This document shows, in pieces, positions 12,382 to 26,497 of a stretch of DNA of 64,000 nt. Location of the stretch: assembly GCA_028826165.1 (NCBI GenBank), contig JAPDFW010000063.1, positions 124,001 through 188,000 on the forward strand. The letters are read 5' to 3'. The notes under the pieces were generated by a model, which worked only from the letters and a program-made list of their open reading frames with translations, was not told the DNA's origin and ran no database searches. How positions within the stretch are numbered: position 1 is the stretch's first letter; every line of letters starts with the position of its first letter. The stretch comes from Anaeramoeba ignava BMAN. Lineage: Eukaryota > Protista > Anaeramoebae. Both the position numbers and the translations under genes were made by a program.

Positions 12382-15300
12382 ATGAATAATTTTAATTTAA
12401 ATTTAAATTTAAATTCTTTTCAAAAAAATAACGAACACACAAAAAACTTTCAAAATCAAAAATTACAAAAGAATTTAAAACTTTCTCTAAATAATTTAGA
12501 AAGGAATCCAAAAAAAACTTATAATAAAAATATACGAAAAAATTCATTAAAAATCCAAAATGATTTAAAAAATAAAAAAGCCAATAATAATGATAATAAT
12601 GATGAATTTAGCAATAATTGTTTTTTAAATGGTTTTCAAGATTTTTTCGAAGAATTATTAAATAAAAATCAAAATCTAAATCAAAATCAAAATCAAATCC
12701 AAAATCAAAATCAAAATCAAAATCAAAATCAAAATAAAAATCAAAATCAAAATCAAAATCAAAATCAAAATGAAAATAAAAATGAAAATGAAAATGAAAT
12801 TCAAATTCAAAATCAAAATCTAAATCAAAATCAAAATCAAAATATAAATCAAAATCAAAATCAAAATCTAAATCTAAATCTAAATCAAAATCAAAATCAA
12901 AATCAAAATTTAAATCAAAATGAAAATGAAAATCAAAATCAAATTCAAAATCAAAATGAAATTCAAAATCAAATTCAAAATCAAATTCAAAATGAAAATG
13001 AAAATGAAAATGAAAATGAAATTCAAATTCAAAATGAAATTCAAATTCAAAATGAAAATCAAATTCAAAATGAAAATGAAAATGAAAATGAAAATGAAAA
13101 TCAAAATCAAAATCAAAATCAAAATCAAAATCAAAATCAAAATGAAAATGAAAATCAAAATCAAAATCAAATTCAAAATGAAAATCAAATTCAAAATGAA
13201 AATGAAAATGAAAATAAAATCAAAATGAAAATCAAAATCAAATTCAAATTCAAAATCAAATTCAAAATCAAATTCAAAATGAAAATCAAATTCAAAATCA
13301 AAATAAAAAATCAAAATGAAAATCAAAATCAATTAAAAAATCAAATTAAAAATCAATTAAAAAATCAATTAAAAAATCAAAATAAAAATCTCACAAAAAT
13401 TCAAAAAAGAAAAAAACAAATAGAAGATCCAAATTTTTCAACAAAAACAAGAAAAATAAAACAAATAAAAAATTCATCACCAAAAAAAGATTCCCAAACT
13501 TTCTTATCAAATCAATCTCTTTCGTCCAAAATAAGCGATTTTGAAAATAAATTATCACTTCAGAAACACTTGTTTCAAATTAAATCATTTTCTGATCACA
13601 TTTTCAACAAAATTTGGAAATTTTTAACAAAAATGAATGATAATAATCTTTCATCAAAACTGTTTAATCAAAAATGGCTAAAAATTCTCAATAAATTAAA
13701 ACTAAATGGAATAATAATAGGAGGAAATAACAATAAAACAGAGAAAACACTGATTCACTTTTTTTATAATCTTTACATGAATCAAAGCAATTACAATTCA
13801 CATTTAATAATTACAAAAAAATCCACTTTATCCAAATGGAAATTTTTAATTGAAAAATATAACCAAAAATTTTCCAATATTTTTGTTGTTTCAAGAACCA
13901 AAAAAATTTCAAGTGATTCAAAAGATGTTGAAATGAAAAATCCACAAAAAATCCAAATTTCATTAATTTCTTATGAAGATATTTGTGGAAAATCACAAAA
14001 GGATGTTTCAATTTCATTATATACAAAATGGAATTATATTATATATGATTCTTTTGTTAATTTAGAAATGTTTAATCAGGATATCTTCCATTATTTGCAA
14101 AATTTCTTATCAAAAAATAGTATTTTGTTAGCAGAAAGTAGCATCAAATTTACTCAAGATAATTTACAAATTTTGACTTCTTTTTTGTTTCCTTATATTT
14201 TTTCAAACGAGAATGCTTATAACTTTCCAAATAATCCAAATTTAATTTTCAATCAAAAATTTTATTCATTTTTCGAGAAGAATCAAAATGATCCAAAATT
14301 CTTTGAGTTTACTTCAAAAAACTTGTTACCTTTCATTCTTCAAATTGATGACTCTTTTATTAACTTATCAAATTTATTAATTTTAGAAAAAGCAATTCCT
14401 GAAAAGAAAATTTATCAATTATTTAACAACCAATATCAAGAATCAACCATTTTTGAATCAGAAATTCCATTATTTAATACCAATACAAATAATTTACTTT
14501 TTTTGGAAAATGCATTCAAAATACAATCTCAAGAAACTTTATTTAATTCAACAAGTTTTTTATCAAAACAAAAAATGGATTATTTAAAAAATTTCAAAAA
14601 AACAAATGGATTATTTAATGAAGCAATTGAAAATAGTATTGATTATAAGAACCAAGATCAAGTTTTACAATTGAAAGGGGTATGTCCATCTTTATTTTTA
14701 GGAAATAATTTGAAAGAAAATGGGGGAAAAAATAATTTAAAAATTATTAGAATGAATCAAGATATCATTTCCAAAAATTCAGAAAATGATGAGATAAAAA
14801 ACAAATTGGATGATAACATTTTCCAAGATGAAAAAATTACAAAATCAAATACAAAATCAAATACAAATACAAATTCAAATACAAATACAAATACAAATAC
14901 AAATTCAAATTCAAATACAAATAATAATAATAATACAAATACAAATTCAAATAATAATAATAATAATAATTCAAATAATAATAATAATTCAAATTCAAAT
15001 AATAATAATTCAAATTCAAATAATAATAATAATAATAATCATCCTGAAAATGCTTTAAATGAAAATGAACAAAAAAGAAAATCAAGAGAATTATATCTTA
15101 GATTTTGCACTTTTTCAAATGCAAAGAAACTATTTCCTAAACTTGTTGATTCACAAGAATCAAAATCTAAATCAAAATCAAAATCAAATTTAAAATCACA
15201 ATCAAAAATTGATCACAAAAAAAAGAAAGAATTAAAAAAAAGTATATTACCAAACATTAAGAAAAGATCACCAAAAACAAAAATCAAGAAAGAAGAGAAG

Positions 15301-16777
15301 ATCAACAAAAAGCAAAAAAAGACTCAAAGATTAAAAAATCCAACAATTCAAACACGACTTAAAACAAAAGAGAAAATGAAGCAGAAAAAAACAAAATCAT
15401 TAGTAAATGAAATGGTTGATTCACAAAAAAATCAGATCCGATTTGAACTTAATGAAAACCAAAAGTTTTGGATCAGATATTGTCAAGATGTGGAAAATTC
15501 AACAAAATCAAACACTTGGACTGAAAAAGAAAAAAACGTTCTTGTTGAAGCAGTCAAAAAATATGGAACAAATAATTGGCAATTGATTAGTTATATTGTC
15601 AATAGCGAAGAATATTTTCTTTTCAGAAAAAAAACAACGGAAGAATGCAGGAATTATTATGAAAAAATGGAAGACAAAGAAAATCCAAAAACCAAATTAA
15701 AAAAGCAAAACGAACCAAAAAATGAAAATGAAAATGAAAATGAAAATTGAATCAAGAAAATTATTTGAGAAAAAATTGAAGGAATTTTTAATCATTCAAG
15801 ATAAACCAACATTTGAAAATAAATTGAATGATATTTTATTTCGTTTGGTGAATACAAATTTGAATATGAATTCCAATCGGGGATCTCAAATACACAAAAC
15901 AGCATGGGACAACAAAAACGTATTATTTGAGAATTTCCTGAATAAATATTTATCAAAAATAAATCAAGAAATGAATATTGAAAAATCCAATAACGAACAA
16001 TGGAAACTAATTTTAGGAACTCGATCACCTGATGATTACACAAATGAAAAATCACGAATTTTGAGCTCCAAATCACGCAATCTTGCACACATCATTCAGT
16101 TCCATTCCACAATATTTATTCACAAAAAATTTGATAACGGCTCAATTGCAGGCGCAAAAGTTATGAGAACTTTGGCCTCTTTTAACTCAATTACTCCTGG
16201 TTTTATTCATGTTATTCAGGAAATTCTTAATTCAAAAAAGTTCTCAAATGACCATCAAATTTCTCTTATTTTTGATGCTTGGAATTTTCATCGGTTGAAC
16301 CAAACTAAACTTTCGAGACAAAAAAGATCAAGTGATCAAGAACCACAAAAAGTTTCTGTTGTTAAACAACCAAAAATCCAAAATGACAAAAAAAGAAACT
16401 CAAATCCAAATTTAAATCAAAATCCAAATCAAAATCAAAATCAAAATCAAAATCAAAATCAAAATCAAAATCAAAGAAATCAAAATCAAAATCGAAATAA
16501 AAAAAATAAACAAAGAAATCAAAGAAATCAAAAAAATCAAAAAAATCAAAGAAATCAAAGAAATCAAAAAAATCAAAAAAATCAAAAAAATCAAAACCAA
16601 ATTCAAAATCAAAATCAAAATCAAAATCAAATTCAAAATCAAAATCAAAATCAAATTCAAATTCAAAATCAAAATCAAAATCAAAATCAAAATCAAATTC
16701 AAAGAACAGTTTCATTTGAACCACAATACCCAAAAATTAGAGAAACTCGAAGAAGAAAATATTTTAAAAATAATTAA
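12382..16777 (+). CDS. SWR1/p400/PIE1-like protein with a degenerate SNF2 ATPase lobe and a SANT/Myb domain; poly-NQ tracts; probably continues into 15722-16777 through an indel in (GAAAAT)n
   Basis: WLKILNKLKLNGII, HLIITKKSTLSKW, ISLISYE and KWNYIIYD follow the order of SNF2_N motifs. WTEKEKNVLVEAVKKYGTNNWQLISYIVN..RKKTTEECRNYY is a p400/EAF1-type SANT domain. Confidence 0.6.
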
Positions 16778-16810
16778 AAAAAATAAAATCAAAATCAAAA
16801 TCAAAAAAAA

Positions 16811-19800
16811 TTAATTTTTATTCGTTTTAAAAATTAAAGTGAATTGAGAAGTATTTGTTTTTCTAAAACTATTTGTTTCTTCATTTTGTTTTTCTTTTTC
16901 AAAGTTTTGATTTGAAATTATTTTTTTACGAATAACATTTCTATGTTTTTTCTTTGAAATTTTTTTTGGAATATCAATAGAATCTTTTGAATCAAAAGAA
17001 TAACGTTGAGAAAGTAAATGAGGTTTTTGTCTTTCTTTCTTTTCAATTAAATTTTTTTCTTTCTTTTCAATTGAATTTTTTCTTGAAATTTTTTGATTTA
17101 AATTTTTTTCATTTAAATTTTCTTTTAAATTTTCATTTAAATTTTCATTCATAATCATTGAAATTTTAGGTATTTCTCTTGGAGAATTTGGAGTATGAGT
17201 ATTACTTCTTGATCTTTGTCCTTTTGATATTTGTTTCATTATTTTTGAATTTGTTTTTTTGTTTTCAAGTAAATTGTTTATTCTTTGATGAAAATTATCA
17301 AATTCCAAATTTGGATAATTTTTTTCTTGATTTCTTTGCCAAAATTCAAATAATTGAGTTTTTTGGAAATCTAATAAAAACTATTAAATAAAATAATAAA
17401 TAAATATATAAATAAATATATAAATAAATAATAAATAAATATATAAATAAATTATTAAATAAATTATATAAATAAATTATATAAATAAATTATTAAATAA
17501 ATTAATATATAAATAAATATTAAATAAATTAATAAATAAATAAATAAATTAATAAATAAAATAATAAATAAATTATTAAATAAATTTATAAATAAATTAA
17601 TAAATATATATATAAATAAATTATTAAATATATAAATGGATTTATAAATGGATTTGAGCTACTTTTCGTAAAATTTTTGGTTGAGATGAAGTGAATGATT
17701 GAGAATCAAAAATATATTGATTGTCTTTTTCTGAATAAATCATAAATGAAGGATAATTTGCAAAAATTTCAATAAAAAAATCAAGGAATTCAAAATGAAT
17801 AATTTGATTATCAAATTGTTGTTTTTCTACAAGATACAAATTTGAATTTTGATTTTAATTTGATTTTAATTTTGATTTTGATTTTAATTTTAATTTTAAT
17901 TTTAATTTGAATTTTAATTTTGATTTTGATTTTGATTTTAATTTTAATTTTAATTTTGATTTTAATTTTAATTTTAATTTTAATTTTAATTTTAATTTTG
18001 ATTTTAATTCTAATTTAAATTTTAATTTTAATTTTAATTTTGATTTTAATTCTAATTTAAATTTTGATTTTGATTTTGATTTTAATTCTAATTTTAATTT
18101 TAATTTTGATTTTAATTTTAATTTAAATTTTAATTTTAATTTTAATTTTAATTTTAATTTTAATTTTAATTTTAATTTTAATTTTAATTTTAATTTTAAT
18201 TTTAATTTTGATTTTAATTTTGATTTTAATTTTGATTTTAATTTTAATTTTAATTTGAATTTTAATTTTAATTTTAATTTTAATTTTAATTTGAATTTTA
18301 ATTTTGATTTTGATTTTGATTTTAATTTTAATTTTAATTTTGATTTTAATTTTAATTTTAATTTTAATTTTAATTTTAAATTTGAATTTGATTTTAATTT
18401 TAATTTTAATTATAATTTTAATTTGAATTTTAATTTAAATTTTGAATTTGATTTTAATTTTAATTCTAATTTTAATTTTAATTTTAAATTTTAATTTTAA
18501 TTTTGATTTTGATTTTGATTTTAATTTTAATTTTACCTCGAAATAAATTTATATGTCTTGATAATTTAGCAATAAATTTATTAATAAATTTTTCAGGTAA
18601 AAGATCCAAATCTCTATTAGTATATTGAATTGTTTTTGAATCCAAATCAATCATAATTACATCATCAAGTGGTAATTCTTGAATTGTCTGCATTAAATCG
18701 GCATGAACACCAAGAATAAAAGGCATTGGTGCAGATGCTGTATCAGTTAATTTTTCAGGTAAAACTGGAATACAAACATTCTTATTTATTCATTTCAAAA
18801 TTATTATTAAAATTTCAATTAAAAAATTATATATTGATTTTTATTAATTTTAATTTTAAATTAAATAATAAATTAAATAAAGTGATTGAAATATTATTTT
18901 ACTTACAATCCATGTGAAAGGTTCAAGTAAAGATATAAAATTAAGTACAATATTTGAAAATAAATAAGTTTCTTTTGAATAAAAAATAAATTTTCTTTCT
19001 AATAAAAGAGAACTAAAAATAGAAGTAATAACTTCAAGTTCTAAAGTTTGAAATAAAAGCTCAGTATATTGCTAATAAATTTAAAAAATTCCAATTTAAA
19101 AATTCAATTAAAAAATCAATTTAAAAAAATTCAATTTAAAAAATTTTCAATTTAAAAAAATTCAATTAAAAAATTTTCAATTTAAAAAATCAATTTAAAA
19201 AAATTCCAATTAAGTTTTTACATCTCCGTATTCATTTTCATGTCTTGAAAAAGTAAATTTTTCATATTCATTTGTTTGTGATTTTTTAACAGAAATTTCA
19301 AATGTTGTTCCCATTTCTGGCATTTCAAGTTTATCTAATTCAGATATAAAATTTATAAGTTTTGTTATTGAATTATTGTTAAGTTCTTCTGATTTTTCCA
19401 AAATGCTATCTAATAAACGGAAAATTGGTCTAAATTTACAAATAAATTTAAGTTTAATTTATTTTAATTTTGATTTTGATTTAGATTTTGATTTTGATTT
19501 ATATTTAGATTTATATTTATATTTAGATTTAGATTTATATTTAGATTTATATTTATATTTATATTTATATTTAGATTTATATTTATATTTAGATTTATAT
19601 TTATATTTATATTTATATTTAGATTTATATTTATATTTATATTTTGATTTATATTTATATTTAGATTTATATTTATATTTATATTTAGATTTATATTTAT
19701 ATTTATATTTATATTTAGATTTTGATTTTGATTTAGATTTATATTTATATTTAGATTTATATTTATATTTTAGATTTTATATTTATATTTATATTTAGAT

Positions 19801-21407
19801 TTTGATTTTGATTTAGATTTATATTTAGATTTAGATTTAGATTTAGATTTAGATTTAGATTTATATTTATATTTATATTTATATTTATATTTATATTTAT
19901 ATTTATATTTATATTTATATTTATATTTATATTTAGATTTAGATTTTGATTTAGATTTATATTTATATTTAGATTTATATTTATATTTAGATTTTTGATT
20001 TTGATTTATATTTATATATTTATATTTAGATTTAGATTTTGATTTAGATTTAGATTTAGATTTTGATTTATATTTATATTTATATTTATATTTATATTTA
20101 TATTTATATTTATATTTATATTTAGATTTTGATTTTGATTTTAGATTTTTGATTTAGATTTATATTTATATTTATATTTAGATTTATATTTATATTTAGA
20201 TTTTTGATTTGGATTTATATTTATATTTATATTTATATTTATATTTATATTTATATTTTGATTTTGATTTATATTTATATTTAGATTTTGATTTATATTT
20301 AGATTTAGATTTTGATTTATATTTATATTTATATTTATATTTATATTTATATTTTGATTTTATATTTATATTTATATTTATATTTATATTTAGATTTAGA
20401 TTTAGATTTTGATTTAGATTTTGATTTAGATTTTGATTTAGATTTTGATTTAGATTTTGATTTAGATTTAGATTTAGATTTAGATTTAGATTTAGATTTA
20501 GATTTAGATTTAGATTTATATTTTGATTTATATTTATACTTATATTTATATTTATATTTATATTTATATTTATATTTATATTTATATTTATATTTATATT
20601 TATATTTATATTTATATTTTGATTTATATTTTTGATTTAGATTTATATTTTGATTTATATTTATATTTTGATTTTAATTTATATTTAGATTTATATTTAT
20701 ATTTTTATTTATATTTATATTTATATTTATATTTATATTTATATTTATATTTATATTTAGATTTATATTTAGATTTATATTTAGATTTAGATTTAGATTT
20801 ATATTTATATTTATATTTATATTTATATTTATATTTATATTTATATTTATATTTATATTTATATTTATATTTATATTTATATTTATATTTATATTTTGAT
20901 TTAGATTTAGATTTAGATTTATATTTAGATTTATATTTATATTTATATTTATATTTATATTTTGATTTAGATTTTGATTTAGATTTAGATTTAGATTTAG
21001 ATTTTGATTTTGATTTTGATTTGAAAACTACTGTTTTGATAATAAAACTAAACAATCAGGATCTTTATTTTTCCTTAAAATTCTTCTACAAGAAGCATAA
21101 AGACGAGAACCATCTTCTTTTGTAAATAAAAAAGAAAAAGTTTCACTAAAAGAAGAGAATTAGAATTAAAATAAAAATTTAAGACAAAATATTTCAAAAT
21201 TTAATACACTTTATCTTCTTGAATATTTAAAAATTGATTCATAACTGGAAAACAAAATGAACGAATATTTTTTCTAATTTGTGAAGTTACAAGTTTTGGT
21301 AAACAAAAAGGAACAACAACAGCTGATTTATTTTTAATTCCAATATTTTTTTTTAATAATTTAACTAAGAAAAAATGTGTAAAAAGTTTTTCTTTATTAT
21401 TTTCCAT
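16811..21407 (-). CDS. DENN-domain protein (putative Rab GEF), about 7 exons with long microsatellite introns
   Basis: Spliced pieces give FTHFFLV, FCFP, FSFLFTKEDGSRLYASCRR, LLLERKFIFYS, LLEPFTW, IPVLP..APMPFILGV, DDVIMIDLD and TQLFE, covering uDENN, cDENN and dDENN. Two 1-bp phase discrepancies remain. Confidence 0.88.
19450..21020. repeat. Intronic (TTATAT/TTAGAT/TTTGAT)n microsatellite filling a ~1.6-kb DENN intron
   Basis: Tandem hexamers between a GTAG donor (~21030) and a TAG acceptor (19430) on the minus strand. Confidence 0.9.
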
Positions 21408-21801
21408 TTTTTTTAGTTTTTAAAAAATGAAAAAAAATGAAAATGAAAAAATATTATTTTTTTTGAATTTGTTTTTCAATTCTTTTTTATTAGATTTTTG
21501 GAAACTAAAACCAAATTAAAAGTAAAAAAAAAAAGAATAGAATTAAAATGAAAAAAAAACTTGAATTGAAAAATGAATTGAAAATTGAAATGAATTGAAT
21601 TGAAAAATGAATTGAAAATTGAATTAAAAATGAATTGAATTAAAAATGAATTGAATTGAAAAATGAATTGAAAAATGAATTAAAAATGAATTGAATTGAA
21701 TTAAAAATGAATTAAAAATGAAAAATGAATTGAATCGAAAAATGAATTGAATTGAATTGAATTGAATTGAATTGAAAATGAATTGAATTGAAAGGAATGA
21801 T

Positions 21802-23140
21802 TTAATTTGTTTTTCCAAGAATTTCAAAATCATTTTCCTTATCTTCAGGTAATCCAGTTTGTCCATATTCTTCCATCTTATGAAATTTAATTGGTTCTTC
21901 TTTCTCAATATTTTTTAATCTTTCTTCCCATTGACTCAAATACTAAAAATAATTTAAATTAAATTAAATTAAATTAAAAAATTTTATTGAATTTGATTTT
22001 TTTACCATTTTACGAGCTTCATCAGAATGTGCAGGAGAGAACCAGTAACTTGGTTGTAAAACTTGGAAACCACAGAAATACACTTTTTTTAATTTTAATT
22101 TTAATTTTAATTTGGATTTTAATTTTAATTTTAATTTTAATATTAATTTTAATTTTAATTTTAATTTTAATTTTAATTTTAATTATAATTATAATTTTAT
22201 AAATGAATTTTAATTTTAATTTTAATTTTAATTTTAATTTTAATTTTAATTTTAATTTTAATTTTAATTTTATAAATTAATTTAATTTTTAATTTTAATT
22301 TTAATATTAATTTTAATTTTTAATTTAATTTTAATTTCAATTTTAATTTTAATTTTAATTTTAATTTTAAATTTATAAATGAATTTTAATTTTAATTTTA
22401 ATTTTAATTTTGATTGTAATTTTTAATTTTAATTTTATAAATGAATTTTAATTTTAATTATAATTTTTAATATTAATTATAATTTTAATATTAAATTTAA
22501 TTTTAATTTTAATTTTAATTATAATTTTAATTTTATAAATGAATTTTAATTTTAAAAAGACTTACAAGCACCGTGCATAATAGGATAAAGAATCTTTGAA
22601 AGATTTCCATTCAAACCTCTTTCTTGGTACATAGGTTGAGGGCCACCAGTAGTAACAGAAATAAGAGCTTTCTTTTTACTAAAAGAACCTTGATCATAAA
22701 TTTTAGGCCAAGAATAACTCCAAGGCGTCGAAAAAACGCGATCAAACCACCCTTTGAGTATAGCAGGGCAAGAGAACCACCACAATGGGAATTGGAATAT
22801 TATCATGTCAGCCCATTCAACTTTTTTTTGTTCAGCTTTTATATCTTCAGTCATTTTTTCTTCTTTTTGTTCCATTTGCATCTTGAAAAATGATGGATCT
22901 TTTAATTCGGTGAAATCTGCTTTATCTGCTACTGCTTTCCATTTCATCGCATATAAATCTGAGATTTGAACTTCATGTTTGTTCCCTTCTAAAACTTCTT
23001 TTGCTTTTTCTTTTAAGGCGTTATTGAATGATTTTGGTTCAGGCTAAAATTTAATTTAATTTTTAATTATTAATTTTTATTTTTAATTTAATTTTTTTAT
23101 TTATTTTTTTTACATGTGCATAAATTATTAAGATTTTCAT
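21802..23140 (-). CDS. NAD(P)H dehydrogenase (quinone), flavodoxin-2/NQO family; 4 exons (23140-23114, 23043-22566, 22082-22006, 21942-21802)
   Basis: MKILIIYAHPEPKSFN, DLYAM, EQKKVEWADMIIFQFPLWWFSCPAILKGWFDRV, ISVTTGG and HGALYFCGFQVL. All junctions are in frame. Confidence 0.95.
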
Positions 23141-23459
23141 TGTTATTCTTATTCCTTCTTAATAAAAATTTTTAAAAAATTTTCTCAATAAAAATAATAA
23201 TTGAGTTGGAAAAAAAATGATTTCTTTTTTTTTTAATTTTTTTTTCTTTTAAATTCTTTTTTTTTTTATTTAATTTTGCCTGCATTTTGTTTTTTTTTGT
23301 TTTTTTTTGTTTCTTTTTTGTTTCTTTTTTAATTTTAAAAAAAATTTACAATTTAAATTTGCCTGCGTGTTTATTTTTTAAATTAATTTCCTTTTTAAAA
23401 TTTTTAATTCAATTTTGCCTTTTTTTTATATTTTTTTTAAATAAATTTTTGATCAATAA

Positions 23460-24225
23460 CAAAAAAAAGCAAATAAAAATTAATAAAATTAATAAAAAAT
23501 AAATAAAATTAATAAATAAAAAGTAAATAAAATTAATAAATAAAATTAATAAACAAAAAGCAAATAAAATTAATAAATAAAAAGTAAAATAAAAATTAAA
23601 TAAATAAAAGCAAATAAAAATTAATAAATAAAAGCAAATAAAATTAATAAATAGAATTAATAAATTTAATAAATAAAATTAATAAATAAAAAAGTAAATA
23701 AATTTAATAAATAAAAAGTAAAATAAATTTAATAAATAAAATTAATAAATAAAAAGTAAATAAATTTAATAAATAAAATTAATAAATAAAAAGCAAATAA
23801 AATTAATAAATAAAATTAATAAATAAAATTAATAAATAAAAAAAAATAAATAAAATTAAATAAAAAGTGCAAATTAAATAAATAAAAAAAAAGTAAATAA
23901 AATTAATAAATAAAATTAACAAATAAAATTAATAAATAAAATTAATAAATAAAATTAATAAATAAAATTAATAAATAAAAAGTAAATAAATTTAATAAAT
24001 AAAAAGTAAATAAAATTAATAAATAAAAGTAAATAAAAATTAAAAACAAATAAAATTAATAAATAAAAAGTAAATAAAATTAATAAATAAAAAGTAAATA
24101 AATTTAATAAATAAAAAGTAAATAAATTTAATAAATAAAAAGTAAATAAAAAGTAATAAATAAAAAGTAAATAAAATTAATAAAAAAAGTGGAATAAATT
24201 TAATAAAAAAAAGTGGAATAAAATT
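23460..24225. repeat. A-rich (AATAAATAAAATT/AAAAGT) satellite between the divergent NQO and PAP genes
   Basis: Degenerate tandem repeats visible directly. Confidence 0.85.
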
Positions 24226-24228
24226 ATT

Positions 24229-24305
24229 TAAGATTTATTTAAGATTTATTTAAGATTTATTTAAGATTTATTTAAGATTTATTTAAGATTTATTCAAGAT
24301 TTATT
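24229..24305. repeat. 11-bp tandem repeat (TAAGATTTATT)x7
   Basis: Seven near-perfect copies about 120 bp upstream of the PAP start codon. Confidence 0.95.
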
Positions 24306-24427
24306 GTAAAAAAATTTTTTTTTTTTTGGAAATGAAAAATTTTTGAATAATTTTTTTTTTCATTTTTTTTCATTTTTTTTTTCATTTTTCTTTTTTCTCA
24401 TTTTCAAAAAAATTTTTTCAAAAAAAA

Positions 24428-26149
24428 ATGCAAAACAAACAAAATAATAAACAAGTAAACCCAACAAAACAAGAACTCCCAACAAAAGAGGAGAAAAAAA
24501 AGAACGAAAGAGAAGAAGAAAAGAAAGAAAAAAACGGAAGAAAGGGAAACCAAAAGAAGAACGAAAGAGATCGAAGATGGAAGAAAAGGGAGATAAGAAA
24601 TAAAAGATATGGGGCATACAAACCGGACCCACGGAATATTGGGGGGAAGGTACACGGAGAGATAATGGAATTTGTGAAAAAATACGAGCCGAACAAAAGG
24701 GACGACAGTCGACGCAATTACATCGTAACACGAATCAAAGAAGTCATATATGAGGTATTAGATCGAGCTGAGGTTGTTGTGTATGGTTCTTTTGCAAGCG
24801 GGACATATCTTCCTGATTCTGATATTGACATCACTGTTCTTGTGGAGAACGTCTCAACTCCGCAACAGATCATTTACGTTCTTGAAAAGCACTTTCTTGA
24901 CACCGTAGCAGACCACGGTTTCCAGGTGATTCAAACATTGCCGTTTGCTCGCGTGCCTCTTGTCAAAATCAAAGATAAAAACTCAGGAATTCAAGTTGAT
25001 ATTTCATGCAATGTTCTTACTTGCTTTCAAAGTGTCCAGTTTACAAAACAAGCAATCGAACTCTACCCGCCGCTACTTCCTCTTCTTCTTGTGCTCAAAC
25101 AGTTTCTTCGTGTCAACCAATACAACGAGCCCTTCTATGGCGGTATATCTTCGTTCACTTTGCTGCTTTTGATCGTTTCTTTTCTTCAATTTCATCCCGT
25201 TTTCAATCAGCAAAGACAAAAAACAGATCTCGGCTCGTTGCTTCTTGACTTCTTTTATTTCTACTCCACTTTTGACTTCTACCATCTTGGTATTTCCGTT
25301 CTCCATGGCGGTCTGTACTTTTACAAACCAAGTTCAACTTATTATATTCCAAATCAACCCGAAATTCCTGTCATCGTGGATCCTCTTAATGAGGCCCATA
25401 ATACTTCTAATAGCTCTTTTGCTATCTCAAAGATTTGTCTTGCTTTCCGTTTCGCTACTACTTTGCTCTTGAAAAGATCCCCTCTTTTTTCTTTGTTGTT
25501 CAGAAAATTGACACCTCAGAATTTTCCGAATCTTTTTAGTTTTCAAAATCAAATTGAAAATCCAAATCCAAATCAATTAGAAAATAATTTAGAAAATCAA
25601 AATCAATTAAAAAATAATTTAGAAAATCAATTAGAAAATCAAAATCAAAATCAAAATCAAAATCAAAATCAAAATCAAAATCAAAATCAAATAGAAAATC
25701 AAATTCAAATTAAAATACAAAATCATTTAGAAAATAATTTAGAAAATCAATTAGAAAATCAAATACAAAATCAAAACACACAATCAATCAATTATTTTTC
25801 CGATCTTCAAAATAAAAATTTTCGCTCAGAACCTTATATTATATCAACACCAAAATTAAGATATTATTATTATTCTCTTCTTTCCCCAATTCCTCAAAAA
25901 CAAATCCCTTTTCAAAATACTCAAAATAGAATAAATCCTTCTCGTTTAAATCTTTCTAGTTCTCAAGATGATAAATTACTCAAATCATTTCCTTATAAAA
26001 TTAAACCTCAAAAATCTTCCAAAAATCATAAACAACAAAATTTTATAAATCAAAATAAAAAGAAAAATTCTAAAAAGAAAAATAAAAATAAAAATAAAAA
26101 TAAAAATAAAAATTCTGCAAAAAAATCAAAGGAAATCAACTCAAATTAA
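24428..26149 (+). CDS. Non-canonical poly(A) polymerase, TRF4/PAPD5 (TENT4)-like
   Basis: [17 protein letters not shown] nucleotidyltransferase motif, [31 protein letters not shown] and PAP-associated IVDPLN..HN. Intronless. Confidence 0.92.
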   Translation: MQNKQNNKQVNPTKQELPTKEEKKKNEREEEKKEKNGRKGNQKKNERDRRWKKREIRNKRYGAYKPDPRNIGGKVHGEIMEFVKKYEPNKRDDSRRNYIVTRIKEVIYEVLDRAEVVVYGSFASGTYLPDSDIDITVLVENVSTPQQIIYVLEKHFLDTVADHGFQVIQTLPFARVPLVKIKDKNSGIQVDISCNVLTCFQSVQFTKQAIELYPPLLPLLLVLKQFLRVNQYNEPFYGGISSFTLLLLIVSFLQFHPVFNQQRQKTDLGSLLLDFFYFYSTFDFYHLGISVLHGGLYFYKPSSTYYIPNQPEIPVIVDPLNEAHNTSNSSFAISKICLAFRFATTLLLKRSPLFSLLFRKLTPQNFPNLFSFQNQIENPNPNQLENNLENQNQLKNNLENQLENQNQNQNQNQNQNQNQNQIENQIQIKIQNHLENNLENQLENQIQNQNTQSINYFSDLQNKNFRSEPYIISTPKLRYYYYSLLSPIPQKQIPFQNTQNRINPSRLNLSSSQDDKLLKSFPYKIKPQKSSKNHKQQNFINQNKKKNSKKKNKNKNKNKNKNSAKKSKEINSN

Positions 26150-26298
26150 TTAGTTCAAATTAATTCATTTAAATTATCAAAATCAAGAAAGAGAAAAAAA
26201 GAAAACATTATTATTTTTATTACTTTTACAGTTAGATTAACTTTCTTGTAAAAAAAAAAACAAAGAAGAAGAAGAAGAAATTTCTTTTATTTTTTATA

Positions 26299-26361
26299 TT
26301 TTTTTTTATCATAAATAAATTTTCAGATAGTTTCTGTAAATTCATTTATGATAAAAAAAAA
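26299..26361. other. Long inverted repeat / hairpin (about 27 bp stem, 5-nt loop) between convergent genes
   Basis: T9-ATCATAAAT-a-AATTT-t-CAGA-[TAGTT]-TCTG-t-AAATT-c-ATTTATGAT-A9. Confidence 0.8.
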
Positions 26362-26497
26362 AATTTCAATTAATATAATAGAATTTGAACCAAAAATTCA
26401 ACAAGAAAAAAAATTTTTTTTTTTTGATTTTTGGAATTTGTTTTATTGAATTTTTTATTTTAGAAGAAAAAGAAATTTAATTTTTGGTTTTTGTTTG

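Noticed and set aside
26299-26361. SECIS element (minus strand has AUGA and AAA)
   Set aside because: No 3' GA to complete the non-Watson-Crick quartet, and neither flanking ORF has an in-frame UGA.
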